This document shows positions 35,207-48,578 of a stretch of 64,000 nt of DNA, one piece after another (the stretch's first letter is position 1; each line of letters opens with the position of its first letter). The notes under the pieces are model-generated. The model was not told the origin of the DNA. It did no database searches and worked only from the letters and a program-made list of their open reading frames with translations. The DNA comes from Nemertoderma westbladi (Eukaryota > Animalia > Xenacoelomorpha), in the NCBI GenBank assembly GCA_032718475.1, contig JAUCBJ010008996.1, positions 1 to 64,000 on the forward strand, written 5' to 3'. A program made the translations under genes and the position numbers.

Positions 35207-35324
35207 CTTTAACGCATTCTTTACAAGACAACCGACAATTCTTAAGCATGTATAAAGGATTTTTCTCACATTGATCACGGGCCGCCCAAGCAGGGCAATT
35301 TGAATTTGATATCTTCACAAATTT
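35207..35324 (-). pseudogene. Phase 1-1 exon encoding an ShK toxin (ShKT) domain, with one +1 frameshift
   Basis: Branch-like TACTAAC, acceptor TTACAG and donor G|GTTAGT. Removing one A near 35305 gives ICEDINSNCPAWAARDQCEKNPLYMLKNCRLSCKECVK (six Cys, C.D....C..WA....C..NP.YM..NC..SC..C). Confidence 0.8.
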
Positions 35325-35494
35325 CTGTAATTAAATTAAAATATAGTAAGGTTAGTATGGTAATTTTATTTAGACCGTAGATCGTAAAAACAGATGTAAA
35401 CCCAGGACAGTAAGTTATACAATAAATCTAGTTCGGAGAAATATAAGGTAGATGACAACAATCAAATAATTGTAGTAATGCCTCAAAATAATAT

Positions 35495-36641
35495 ACACGA
35501 AGTGGGGCCTTCGCGCAGCACGTGACTTAATTATACTTAGTTATACATTTCGCCCTCTAGCGGCAGACTGGAGGACTCCAGACCGTTTACTGCCCACCAA
35601 AGACTCAGGCCGACTTCTACTACATATCTGCTACGTTTCAGCTTGAACGGATCATAAATAACGAGATGGGAGAAAGATTTCACTTTCAAACATTTCGCCC
35701 TCTAGCGGCAGACTGAAGAACTGCACACGGATTAGCCTTCAATTCAATTCAATTCAATTCCTTCTTTCAAAGTCACAGCTAATGGTCTAGTACATATCTG
35801 CCAAATTTCAGCATAAATGGATTAAAAGCAAAGAAATGGGAGGACATTTAACGTTTAGACATGTGGCCCTCTAGCAGGAGACTATTGCTCTGATGCTGTC
35901 TGAAAGTCTCTCAAACGTCTCAACTTTAGCTCATATTGATACCTACAAATTTTCAACTTGGCAGCTTTAAATCCGACAAAGTTATTAGCATGTCAAAATC
36001 GTAACGACGACAACGATTTCACTTTCAGACCTTTGGCCCTCTAGCGGCAGACTGGAGAACTGCAGATGGATTCGCCTCCTTTGAAAGTCACAGCTAATGG
36101 TCTAATACATATCTGCCAAGTTTCAGCTTAAACGGATTAAAAGCAAAGAAATGGGAGGGCATTTAATGTTTAGACATGTGGCCCTCTAGCGGGAGACCAT
36201 TGCACTGATGGTGTCTGAAAGTCTCTCAAAAATCTCAACTTTTGCTCATATTGATACCTACAAATTTTCAACTTGGCAGCTTTAAATCCGACAAAGTTAT
36301 TAGCATGTCAAAATCGTAACGACGACAACGATTTCACTTTCAGACCTTTGGCCCTCTAGCGGCAGACTGGAGAACTGCAGATGGATTCGCCTCCTTTGAA
36401 AGTCACAGCTAATGGTCTAATACATATCTGCCAAGTTTCAGCTTAAACGGATTAAAAGCAAAGAAATGGGAGGGCATTTAATGTTTAGACATGTGGCCCT
36501 CTAGCGGGAGACCATTGCACTGATGGTGTCTGAAAGTCTCTCAAAAATCTCAACTTTTGCTCATATTGATACCTACAAATTTTTAACTTGGCAGCTTTAA
36601 ATCCGACAAAGTTATTAGCATGTCAAAATCGTAACGACGAC

Positions 36642-36680
<39 letters not shown>

Positions 36681-36783
36681 AACGACGACGACGACGACGA
36701 CGACAACTATTTGCATAAATTGACCCACCCCCTAACAGTGTCAATTCGCTAAGGCTCCGCCAACTTCGTGGCTCGCCCCACAG
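35495..36783 (+). mobile_element. HINE/DINE-1-like Helentron-associated element with tandem core repeats and a (GAC)n microsatellite
   Basis: 5' CACGAAGT and 3' ACTTCGTG sub-terminal inverted motifs; terminal GTGG-CTCGCC-CCAC hairpin; 315-bp core repeats (36015, 36330, diverged copy at 35676) made of ~150-165-bp subunits; (GAC)n at about 36635-36705. Confidence 0.75.
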
Positions 36784-37067
36784 AAATTAAACATAATAAT
36801 ACGTGATGTAGTATTGATGCATAGCTACATAGCTAACATGTTCCAGTATAAAAATTAATGAAATATATATTATTTCATATTTTATGATTTTTGTCACTAT
36901 TTTGCGATGCCGACATAGTGGTGTGAAGAACTTTTAGCCACAAGAAATGAAAAAATGGTGTTATTGCAGACGTTTCAATAAACAATGTTTATCTTTCTCA
37001 ATGCAGGCTGACAGGTACACTAAATAATACTGAAATCAGGGTACTGAAGTACCGGTACATAATGTAG

Positions 37068-37454
37068 ACACGAAGTGGGGACTTCGCGCAGCACGAAGTT
37101 GGCGGAGCCTTAGCGAATTGACACGGTTAGGGGGTAGGTCAATTTATGCAAATAGTCACGTTGGCCCTCTAGCGGCAGACTGGAGAACTGCAGATGGATT
37201 CGCCTCCTTTGAAAGTCACAGCTAATGGTCTAATACATATCTGCCAAGTTTCAGCTTAAACGGATTAAAAGCAAAGAAATGGGAGGGCATTTAATGTTTA
37301 GACATGTGGCCCTCTAGCGGGAGACCATTGCACTGATGGTGTCTGAAAGTCTCTCAAAAATCTCAACTTTTGCTCATATTGATACCTACAAATTTTCAAC
37401 TTGGCAGCTTTAAATCCGACAAAGTTATTAGCATGTAAAAATCGTAACGACGAC

Positions 37455-37486
<32 letters not shown>

Positions 37487-37586
37487 CAACGACGACGACG
37501 ACGACGACAACTATTTGCATAAATTGACCCACCCCCTAACAGTGTCAATTCGCTAAGGCTCCGCCAACTTCGTGGCTCGCCCCACA
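37068..37586 (+). mobile_element. Second HINE-like copy with one core unit and a 65-bp inverted repeat
   Basis: Same ends and core as 35495-36783. 37092-37156 is the reverse complement of 37510-37574. Confidence 0.8.
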
Positions 37587-37706
37587 ATAAACAGTAATAT
37601 ACTGTGTAACAAAAATTTTACAGGATTGAAATTTTTAGTTCAAAAATACAAAATTGCAATATGAAGTAAAATTTTTTTTAAAAATCAAACAGTCTATTAA
37701 GACTAA

Positions 37707-40700
37707 AGATAGCGATAGCAGGAAGCCAACATTGTTGAATTGAGTTAGCGATAGCAGGAAGCCATCATTGTTGAATAGTGTTAGCGATAGCAGGAAGCCA
37801 ACATTGTTGAATAGAGTTAGCGATAGCAGGAAGCCAACACATTGTTGAATAGAGTTAGCGATAGCAGGAAGCCAACATTGCTGAATAGAGTTAGCGATAG
37901 CAGGAAGCCAACGTTGTTGAATAGAGTTAGCGATAGCAGGAAGCCAACATTGTTGAATAGAGTTAGCGATAGCAGGAAGCCAACACATTGTTGAATAGAG
38001 TTAGCGATAGCAGGAAGCCAACATTGTTGAATAGAGTTAGCAATAGCAGGAAGCCAACATTGTTGAATAGAGTTAGCGATAGCAGGAAGCCAACATTGTT
38101 GAATAGAGTTAGCGATAGCAGGAAGCCAAAATTGTTGAATAGAGTTAGCGATAGCAGGAAGCCAACATTGTTGAATAGAGTTAGCGATAGCAGGAAGCCA
38201 ACATTGTTGAATAGAGTTAGCGATAGCAGGAAGCCAACATTGTTGAATAGAGTTAGCGATAGCAGGAAGCCAACATTGTTGAATAGAGTTAGCGATAGCA
38301 GGAAGCCAACATTGTTGAATAGAGTTAGCGATAGCAGGAAGCCAACATTGTTGATTAGAGTTAGCGATAGCAGGAAGCCAACATTGTTGAATAGAGTTAG
38401 CGATAGCAGGAAGCCAACATTGCTGATTAGAGTTAGCGATAGCAGGAAGCCAACATTGTTGAATAGAGTTAGCGATAGCAGGAAGCCAACATTGTTGAAT
38501 AGAGTTAGCGATAGCAGGAAGCCAACATTGTTGATTAGAGTTAGCGATAGCAGGAAGCCAACGTTGTTGAATAGAGTTAGCGATAGCAGTAAGCCAACAT
38601 TGTTGAATAGAGTTAGCGATAGCAGGAAGCCAACAATGTTGAATAGAGTTAGCGATAACAGGAAGCCAACATTGTTGAATAGAGTTAGCGATAGCAGGAA
38701 GCCAACATTGTTGAATAGAGTTAGCGATAGCAGGAAGCCAACATTGTTGAATAGAGTTAGCGATAGCAGGAAGCCAAAATTGTTGAATAGAGTTAGCGAT
38801 AGCAGGAAGCCAACATTGTTGAATAGAGTTAGCGATAGCAGGAAGCCAAAGTTGTTGAATAGAGTTAGCGATATCAGGAAGCCAACATTGTTGAATAGAG
38901 TTAGCGATAGCAGGAAGCCAAAATTGTTGAATAGAGTTAGCGATAGCAGGAAGCCAACATTGTTGAATAGAGTTAACGATAGCAGGAAGCCAAAATTGTT
39001 GAATAGAGTTAGCGATAGCAGGAAGCCAACATTGTTGAATAGAGTTAGCGATAGCAGGAAGCCAACATTGTTGAATAGAGTTAGCGATAGCAGTAAGCCA
39101 ACATTGTTGAATAGAGTTAGCGATAGCAGTAAGCCAACATTGTTGAATAGAGTTAGCGATAGCAGGAAGCCAACATTGTTGAATAGAGTTAGCGATAGCA
39201 GGAAGCCAACATTGTTGAATAGAGTTAGCGATAGCAGGAAGCCAACATTGTTGAATAGAGTTAGCGATAGCAGGAAGCCAACATTGTTGAATAGAGTTAG
39301 CGATAGCAGGAAGCCAACATTGTTGAATAGAGTTAGCGATAGCAGGAAGCCAACATTGTTGAATAGAGTTAGCGATAGCAGGAAGCCAACATTGTTGAAT
39401 AGAGTTAGCGATAGCAGGAAGCCAACATTGTTGAATAGAGTTAGCGATAGCAGTAAGCCAACATTGTTGAATAAAGTTAGCGATAGCAGGAAGCCAACAT
39501 TGTTGAATAGAGTTAGCGATAGCAGGAAGCCAACATTGTTGAATAGAGTTAGCGATAGCAGGAAGCCAACATTGTTGAATAGAGTTAGCGATCGCAGGAA
39601 GCCAACATTGTTGAATAGAGTTAGCGATAGCAGGACGCCAAAATTGTTGAATAGAGTTAGCGATAGCAGGAAGCCAAAATTGTTGAATAGAGTTAGCGAT
39701 AGCAGGAAGCCAACATTGTTGAATAGTGTTAGCGATAGCAGGAAGCCAACATTGTTGAATAGAGTTAGCGATAGCAGGAAGCCAAAATTGTTGAATAGAG
39801 TTAGCGATAGCAGGAAGCCAACATTGTTGAATAGAGTTAGCGATAGCAGGAAGCCAACATTGTTGAATATAGTTAGCGATAGCAGGAAGCCAACATTGTT
39901 GAATAGAGTTAGCGATAGCAGGAAGCCAACATTGTTGAATAGAGTTAGCGATAGCAGGAAGCCAACGTTGTTGAATAGAGTTAGCGATAGCAGGAAGCCA
40001 ACATTGTTGAATAGAGTTAGCGATAGCAGGAAGCCAACATTGTTTAATAGTGTCAGCGATAGCAAGAAGCCAACATTGTTGAATAGAGTTAGCGATAGAA
40101 GGAAGCCAACATTGTTGAATAGAGTTAGCGATAGCAGGAAGCCAACATTGTTGAATAGAGTTAGCGATAGCAGGAAGCCAACGTTGTTAAATAGAGTTAG
40201 CGATAGCAGGAAGCCAACATTGTTGAATAGAGTTAGCGATAGAAGGAAGCCAACATTGTTGAATAGTGTTAGCGATAGCAGGAAGCCAACATTGTTGAAT
40301 AGAGTTAGCGATAGCAGGAAGCCAACATTGTTGAATAGAGTTAGCGATAGCAGGAAGCCAACATTGTTGAATAGAGTTAGCGATAGCAGGAAGCCAACAT
40401 TGTTGAATAGAGTTAGCGATAGCAGGAAGCCAAAATTGTTGAATAGAGTTAGCGATAGCAGGAAGCCAACATTGTTGAATAGAGTTAGCGATAGCAGGAA
40501 GCCAACATTGTTGAATAGAGTTAGCGATAGCAGGAAGCCAACATTGTTGAATAGAGTTAGCGATAGCAGGAAGCCAACATTGTTGAATAGAGTTAGCGAT
40601 AGCAGGAAGCCAAAATTGTTGAATAGAGTTAGCGATAGCAGGAAGCCAACATTGTTGAATAGAGTTAGCGATAGCAGGAAGCCAACATTGTTGAATAGAG

Positions 40701-41671
40701 TTAGCGATAGCAGGAAGCCAAAATTGTTGAATAGAGTTAGCGATAGCAGGAAGCCAAAATTGTTGAATAGAGTTAGCGATAGCAGGAAGCCAACATTGTT
40801 GAATAGAGTTAGCGATAGCAGGAAGCCAACATTGTTGAATAGAGTTAGCGATAGCAGGAAGCCAAAATTGTTGAATAGAGTTAGCGATAGCAGGAAGCCA
40901 ACATTGTTGAATAGAGTTAGCGATAGAAGGAAGCCAACATTGTTGAATAGAGTTAGCGATAGCAGGAAGCCAACATTGTTGAATAGAGTTAGCGATAGCA
41001 GGAAGCCAACATTGTTGAATAGAGTTAGCGATAGCAGGAAGCCAAAATTGTTGAATAGAGTTAGCGATAGCAGGAAGCCAACATTGTTGAATAGAGTTAG
41101 CGATAGCAGGAAGCCAACATTGTTGAATAGAGTTAGCGATAGCAGGAAGCCAACATTGTTGAATAGAGTTAGCGATAGCAGGAAGCCAACATTGTTGAAT
41201 AGAGTTAGCGATAGCAGGAAGCCACAATTGTTGAATAGAGTTAGCGATAGCAGGAAGCCAACATTGTTGAATAGAGTTAGCGATAGCAGGAAGCCAACAT
41301 TGTTGAATAGAGTTAGCGATAGCAGGAAGCCAAAATTGTTGAATAGAGTTAGCGATAGCAGGAAGCTAAAATTGTTGAATAGAGTTAGCGATAGCAGGAA
41401 GCCAACATTGTTGAATAGAGTTAGCGATAGCAGGAAGCCAACATTGTTGAATAGAGTTAGCGATAGCAGGAAGCCAAAATTGTTGAATAGAGTTAGCGAT
41501 AGCAGGAAGCCAACATTGTTGAATAGAGTTAGCGATAGAAGGAAGCCAACATTGTTGAATAGTGTTAGCGATAGCAGGAAGCCAACATTGTTGAATAGAG
41601 TTAGCGATAGCAGGAAGCCAAAATTGTTGAATAGAGTTAGCGATAGCAGGAAGCCAACATTGTTGAATAGA
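37707..41671. repeat. 36-bp satellite array, about 110 highly homogeneous copies
   Basis: Unit TTGTTGAATAGAGTTAGCGATAGCAGGAAGCCAACA; it generates the 1255-aa and 1266-aa repetitive ORFs. Confidence 0.98.
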
Positions 41672-43166
41672 GTGACTGTGTCTGTGTGTGTCTTTGTCAT
41701 CGGCTCAGATAGGGGTGACTTTCGACTCAATAAAAATTCATCCCTTTCCAGGGGGAATTCGACGCAAATAACAGATTCTCAAAGATAAAACTGTAACCTG
41801 TTCTATTGTGTTTAGTTTATTGTTTTGGTTAAAATATTGTTCCACTCTAACCTGCTCCTTTCCCTAAATTGAGAATTTAACATTGAGGCGGGATATTAAT
41901 TCGCCAAGGCGGGTTTTGCGTCCAGTTTCACCCCCACCCCTGTCTCATAAATAATATACGAAATTATTTCGTAGTAAAACAAGAAACCACCTACTAAATA
42001 TGCATAACACAAAACGTCGCAGCCCAACTGGTAGCCAACGGTTACCATCACAAGTTCTGCTCGTCAAGAAATTGCTGGATATCGAGCCCACTATGTGTTT
42101 GCAATTGGTGTGATAACTCGTGTTCGGAAACCCACTATTACAAGACATGTCCCAAACTGCCGAAACTAAGTACACCGTTGAGACAAGCCTTTTACCTCTC
42201 AAAATTATAATTGTAATAAATTATTTAATTTTAAATTGCTTTTATCCCGCTTGTATCCCATGTAGTAAATAAACTTAAACTTATCAACTTAACTTAACTA
42301 ACACTTTTATAAAAAAAATTGATTTATATATATGCAATGTTTCCTGAGTTTCCTGGTTTTACTTATTTATATCTATTGGTGTTTTTACCGATTTATTATA
42401 ATTAGAAATAAATATATGCCCCTATGGGGCGCTTGCTTCTTCTTTCATAACATAAAATAACAAAATATTAACGAGGGTCAGTTTTTCTACCAGACAAAAC
42501 CCCGATCACTACCCTAATTAATATAATTATAATTATTTTAATTTGGTAATTAGCTTGCTCCATGATGCAACCCCTGGCAATGCCTACTGGTTCATCTCAC
42601 AACTCCATGTAACTATTAAATATATTATAAACTTTCGGAGCGTTGTAGAACACCTAATGTTTCATTTTAGCACAGATTACCGCCTTTGACTTATTTACTT
42701 CACTGAAAAGTTCCACGTTACAATAAATTACTAATGAGATAAATTAATTGTTAATAAGGAATTATACTACAATAAACAGTAGGCCTACCTGATCTGGAAG
42801 TAGAACATATGATAACAAGTATCAGTGACGTTATTGATAACTTCGTCATCTCGACTTGTGATTATGTAACCTGATGAGATTGAAAAAAAATTAATTTTAA
42901 TTTAAATATTAATAAGATTTTGGGGGTTAACATTCATTTCCAGTAATATTTAAGTTCCCCCGATTTCTGTACTGTATGTATCAACCTTTGAAATAATTAT
43001 TTTCAACCTAAAATTCATTGTATCTTCCTACAGTATGTTCCTTGGTCACTGAAGCATATTTATATTTAAAACCATATTATATAGTAACCATTGAAACCAC
43101 CAATACTTCTTGATAACAATGTAGACATTGTTACGGAGCCTATGAAGGAAGAGAGACCAAGCAGTG

Positions 43167-46100
43167 TGACAGCATTTCTGATCACAGTGAAAAAGAAACC
43201 ACAGAAATGACAGCATTTCCGATCAAAGTGAAAAAGAACCCACAGAAATGACAGCATTTCTGAGGGAAGTGAAAAGAACCCACATATGACAGCATTTCTG
43301 AGGCAAGAGAAAAGAACCCACAGAAATGACAGTTATGATCGAAGTGAAAAGAAAAAGAACCCACAGAAATGACAGTATTTCTGATCGAAGTGAAAAAGAA
43401 ACCACAGAAATGACAGCATTTCTGAGGGTAGTGAAAAAGAACCCACATAAATGGCATTTATGATCCAAGTGAAAAGAAAAAGAACCCACAGAAATGACAA
43501 CATTTCAGAGGCAAGTGAAACAGAACCCACAGAAATGACAGCATTTCTGATGGAATTGAAAAAGAAACCACATAAATGGCATTTATGATTGAAGTGAAAC
43601 AGAACCCGCAGAAATAACAGCATTTCTGAGGGTAGTGAAAAATAACCCACAGAAATGACAGAATTTCTGATGGAAGTGAAAAAGAACCCACAGAAATGAC
43701 AGCATTTCAGAGGCAAGTGAAACAGAACCCACAGAAATGACAGCATTTCTGATGGAATTGAAAAAGAAACCACATAAATGGCATTTATGATTGAAGTGAA
43801 ACAGAACCCGCAGAAATAACAGCATTTCTGAGGGAAGTGAAAAAGCACCCACAGATATGACAGCATTTCTGATGGAAGTGAAAAAGAAACCACATAAATG
43901 GCATTTATGATTAAAGTGAAACAGAACCCACAGAAATGACAGCATTTCTGTGGGTAGTGAAAAAGAACCCACAGAAATGACAACATTTCTGATCGAAGTG
44001 AAAAAGAAACCATATAAATGGCATTTCTGATGGAAGTGAAAAAGAAATAAAGAACCCACAGAAATGACAGCATTTCTGAGGGTAGTGAAAAAGAGCCCAC
44101 AGAAATAACAGCATTTCTGATGGAAGTGAAAAAGAAACCACATAAATGGCATTTATGATTGAAGTGAAACAGAACCCACAGAAATGGCAGCATTTCTGAG
44201 GCAAGTGAAAAAGAACCCACAGAAATGACAGCATTTCTGAGGGTCGTGAAAAAGAACCCACAGAAATGACAGCATTTCTGATGGAAGTGAAACAGAACCC
44301 ACAGAAATGACAGCATTTCTGAGGGAAGTGAAAAGAACCCACATATATGACAGCATTTCTGATGGAAGTGAAAAAGAAACCATATAAATGGCATTTATGA
44401 TTGAAGTGAAACAGAACCCACAGAAATGACAGCATTTCTGTGGGTAGTGAAAAAGAACCCACAGAAATGACAACATTTCTGATCGAAGTGAAAAAGAAAC
44501 CATATAAATGGCATTTCTGATGGAAGTGAAAAAGAAACCACATAAATGGCATTTATGATTGAAGTAAAAAAGAACCCACAGAAATGACAGCATTTCTGAG
44601 GGTAGTGAAAAAGAAAACCACAAAAATAACAGCATTTCTGAGGGTAGTGAAAAAGAACCCACAGAAATGACAGCATTTCTGAGGCAAGAAAAAAAGAAAC
44701 CACATAAATGGCATTTATGATTGAAGTGAAACAGAACCCATAGAAATGACAGCATTTCTGAGGCAAGAGAAAAAGAACCCACAGAAATGACAGCCTTTCT
44801 GAGGGTCGTGAAAAAGAACCCACAGAAATGACAGCATTTCTGATGGAAGTGAAAAAGAAACCACATAAATGGCATTTATGATTGAAGTGAAACAGAACCC
44901 ACAGAAATGATAGCATTTCTGAGGCAAGAAAAAAAGAAACCACATAAATGGCATTTATGATTGAAGTGAAAAAGAACCCACAGAAATGACAGCATTTCTG
45001 AGGGTAGTGAAAAAGAACCCACAGAAATGACAGCATTTCTGAGGCAAGAAAAAAAGAAACCACATAAATGGCATTTATGATTGAAGTGAAAAAGAACCCA
45101 CAGAAATGACAGCATTTCTGAGGGTAGTGAAAAAGAACCCACAGAAATGACAGCCTTTCTGAGGGTAGTGAAAAAGAAAACCACAAAAATGACAGCATTT
45201 CTGAGGGTCGTGAAAAAGAACCCACAGAAATGACAGCATTTCTGATGGAAGTGAAAAAGAAACCACATAAATGGCATTTATGATTGAAGTGAAACAGAAC
45301 CCACAGAAATGACAGCATTTCTGAGGCAAGAAAAAAAGAAACCACATAAATGGCATTTATGATTGAAGTGAAAAAGAACCCACAGAAATGACAGCATTTC
45401 TGAGGGTAGTGAAAAAGAACCCACAGAAATGACAGCCTTTCTGAGGGTAGTGAAAAAGAAAACCACAAAAATGACAGCATTTCTGAGGGTAGTGAAAAAG
45501 AACCCACAGAAATGACAGCATTTCTGATGGAAGTGAAAAAGAAACCACATAAATGGCATTTATGATTGAAGTGAAAAAGAACCCACAGAAATGACAGCAT
45601 TTCTGAGGGTAGTGAAAAAGAACCCACAGAAATGACAGCCTTTCTGAGGGTAGTGAAAAAGAAAACCACAAAAATGACAGCATTTCTGAGGGTAGTGAAA
45701 AAGAACCCACAGAAATGACAGCCTTTCTGAGGGTAGTGAAAAAGAAAACCACAAAAATGACAGCATTTCTGAGGGTAGTGAAAAAGAACCCACAGAAATG
45801 ACAGCATTTCTGATGGAAGTGAAAAAGAAACCACATAAATGGCATTTATGATTGAAGTGAAACAGAACCCACAGAAATGACAGCATTTCTGAGGCAAGAA
45901 AAAAAGAAACCACATAAATGGCATTTATGATTGAAGTGAAACAGAACCCACAGAAATGACATCATTTCTGAGGCAAGAGAAAAAGAACCCACAGAAATGA
46001 CAGCCTTTCTGAGGGTAGTGAAAAAGAAAACCACAAAAATGACAGCATTTCTGAGGGTAGTGAAAAAGAACCCACAGAAATGACAGCATTTCTGATGGAA

Positions 46101-48578
46101 GTGAAAAAGAAACCACATAAATGGCATTTATGATTGAAGTGAAATAGAACCCACAGAAATGACAGCATTTCTGAGGGTAGTGAAAAAGAACCCACAGAAA
46201 TGACAGCATTTCTGATGGAAGTGAAAATGAAACCACATAAATGGCATTTCTGATCGAAGTGAAAAAGAACCCACAGAAATGACAGCATTTCTGATGGAAG
46301 TGAAAAAGAACCCACCGAAATGACAGCATTTCTGATGGAAGTGAAAAAGAAAGCACATAAATGGCATTTATGATTAAAGTGACACAGAACCCACAGACAT
46401 GACAGCATTTCTGATGGAAGTGAAAAAGAAACCACAGAAATGACAGCATTTCTGATGGAAGTGAAAAAGAACCCACCGAAATGACAGCATTTCTGATGGG
46501 AGTAAAAAAGAAACCACATAAATGGCATTTATGATTGAAGTGAAAAAGAACCCACAGAAATGACAGCATTTCAGAGGCAAGTGAAAAAGAACCCACAGAA
46601 ATGACAGCATTTCTGATGGAAGTGAAAAAGAAACCACAGAAATGACAGCATTTCTGATGGAAGTGAAAAGGAACCCACCGAAATGACAGCATTTCTGATA
46701 GGAGTAAAAAAGAAACCACATAAATGGTATTTATGATTAAAGTTAAAAAAAACCCACAGAAATGACAGCATTTCAGAGGCAAGTGAAACAGAACCCACAG
46801 AAATGACAGCATTTCTGATGGAAGTGAAAAAGAAACCACAGAAATGACAGCATTTCTGATGGAAGTGAAAAAGAAACCACATAAATGGCATTTATGATTG
46901 AAGTGAAAAAGAACCCACAGAAATGACAGCATTTCTGATGGAAGTGAAAAAGAAACCACATAAATGGCATTTATGATTGAAGTGAAAAAGAACCCACAGA
47001 AATGACAGCATTTCAGAGGCAAGTGAAACAGAACCCACAGAAATGACAGCATTTCTGATGGAAGTGAAAAAGAAACCACAGAAATGACAGCATTTCTGAT
47101 GGAAGTGAAAAAGAACCCACCGAAATGACAGCATTTCTGATGGGAGTAAAAAAGAAACCACATAAATGGCATTTATGATTGAAGTGAAAAAGAACCCACA
47201 GAAATGACAGCATTTCAGAGGCAAGTGAAAAAGAACCCACAGAAATGACAGCATTTCTGAGGGAAGTGAAAAAGAACCCACAGAAATGACAGCATTTCTG
47301 ATGGAAGTGAAAAAGAAACCACATAAATGGCATATATGATTGAAGTGAAACAGAACCCAGAGAAATGACAGCATTTCTGAGGGTAGTGAAAAAGAACCCA
47401 CAGAAATTACAGCATTTCTGATGGAAGTGAAAAAGAAACCACATAAATGGCATTTCTGATCGAAGTGAAAAAGAACCCACAGAAATGACAGCATTTCTGA
47501 TGGAAGTGATAAGAACCCACTGATATGACAGCATTTCTGATGGAAGTGAAAAAGAAACCACATAAATGGCATTTATGATTGAAGTGAAAAAGAACCCACA
47601 GAAATGACAGCATTTCTGAGGGTAGTGAAAAAGAGCCCACAGAAATGACAGCATTTCTGATGGAAGTGAAAAAGAAACCACATAAATGGCATATATGATT
47701 GAAATGAAACAGAACCCACAGAAATGACAGCATTTGTGATGGAAGTGAAAAGGAACCCACAGAAATGACAGCATTTCTGAGGGAAGTGAAAAGAACCCAC
47801 AGATATGACAGCATTTCTGATGGAAGTGAAAAAGAAACCACATAAATGGCATTTATGATTGAAGTGAAAAAGAACCCACAGAAATGACAGCATTTCTGAG
47901 GGTAGTAAAAAAGAAACCACATAAATGGCATTTATGATTGAAGTGAAACAGAACCCACAGAAATGGCAGCATTTCTGAGGCAAGTGAAAAAGAACCCACA
48001 GAAATGACAGCATTTCTGAGGGTCGTGAAAAAGAACCCACAGAAATGACAGCATTTCTGATGGAAGTGAAACAGAACCCACAGAAATGACAGCATTTCTG
48101 AGGGAAGTGAAAAGAACCCACATATATGACAGCATTTCTGATGGAAGTGAAAAAGAAACCATATAAATGGCATTTATGATTGAAGTGAAAATGAACCCAC
48201 AGAAATGACAGCATTTCTGAGGCAAGTGAAAAAGAAAACCACAAAAATGACAGCATTTCTGAGGGTAGTGAAAAAGAACCCACAGAAATGACAGCATTTC
48301 TGATGGAAGTGAAAAAGAAACCACATAAATGGCATTTATGATTGAAGTGAAACATAACCCACAGAATTGACAGCATTTCTGAGGGTAGTGAAAAAGAACC
48401 CACAGATATGACAGCATTTCTGATGCAAGAGAAAAAGAAACCACAGAAATGACAGTATTTCTGATCGAAGTGAAAAAGAAACCACAGTAATGACAGCATT
48501 TCTGAGGAGGCAAGAGAAATAGAACCCACAGATATGACATTTATGATCGAAGTGAAAAAGGACCCACAGAAATGACAT
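43167..48578. repeat. ~38-42-bp heterogeneous satellite (left part)
   Basis: Monomer variants GTGAAAAAGAACCCACAGAAATGACAGCATTTCTGA(TGGAA/GGGTA/GGCAA) alternate with GTGAAAAAGAAACCACATAAATGGCATTTATGATTGAA. Confidence 0.97.

Noticed and set aside
37298-37587. Poly-Ser and poly-Arg ORFs
   Set aside because: Translations of the (GAC)n microsatellite of the HINE-like element.
37707-41671. 36-bp repeats as a CRISPR array
   Set aside because: The units are head-to-tail with no unique spacers, there are no cas genes, and the context is eukaryotic. The same applies to the other arrays.
41945-42202. Possible Cys-containing (sushi-like) upstream exon of the ShK gene
   Set aside because: Only a vague C..GF...TC.G..W pattern, with no convincing splice sites in phase.
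43066-48578. Dozens of overlapping Phe/Cys-rich minus-strand ORFs (also 54477-55032)
   Set aside because: The satellite strand is stop-poor, and frames switch with monomer length variants.
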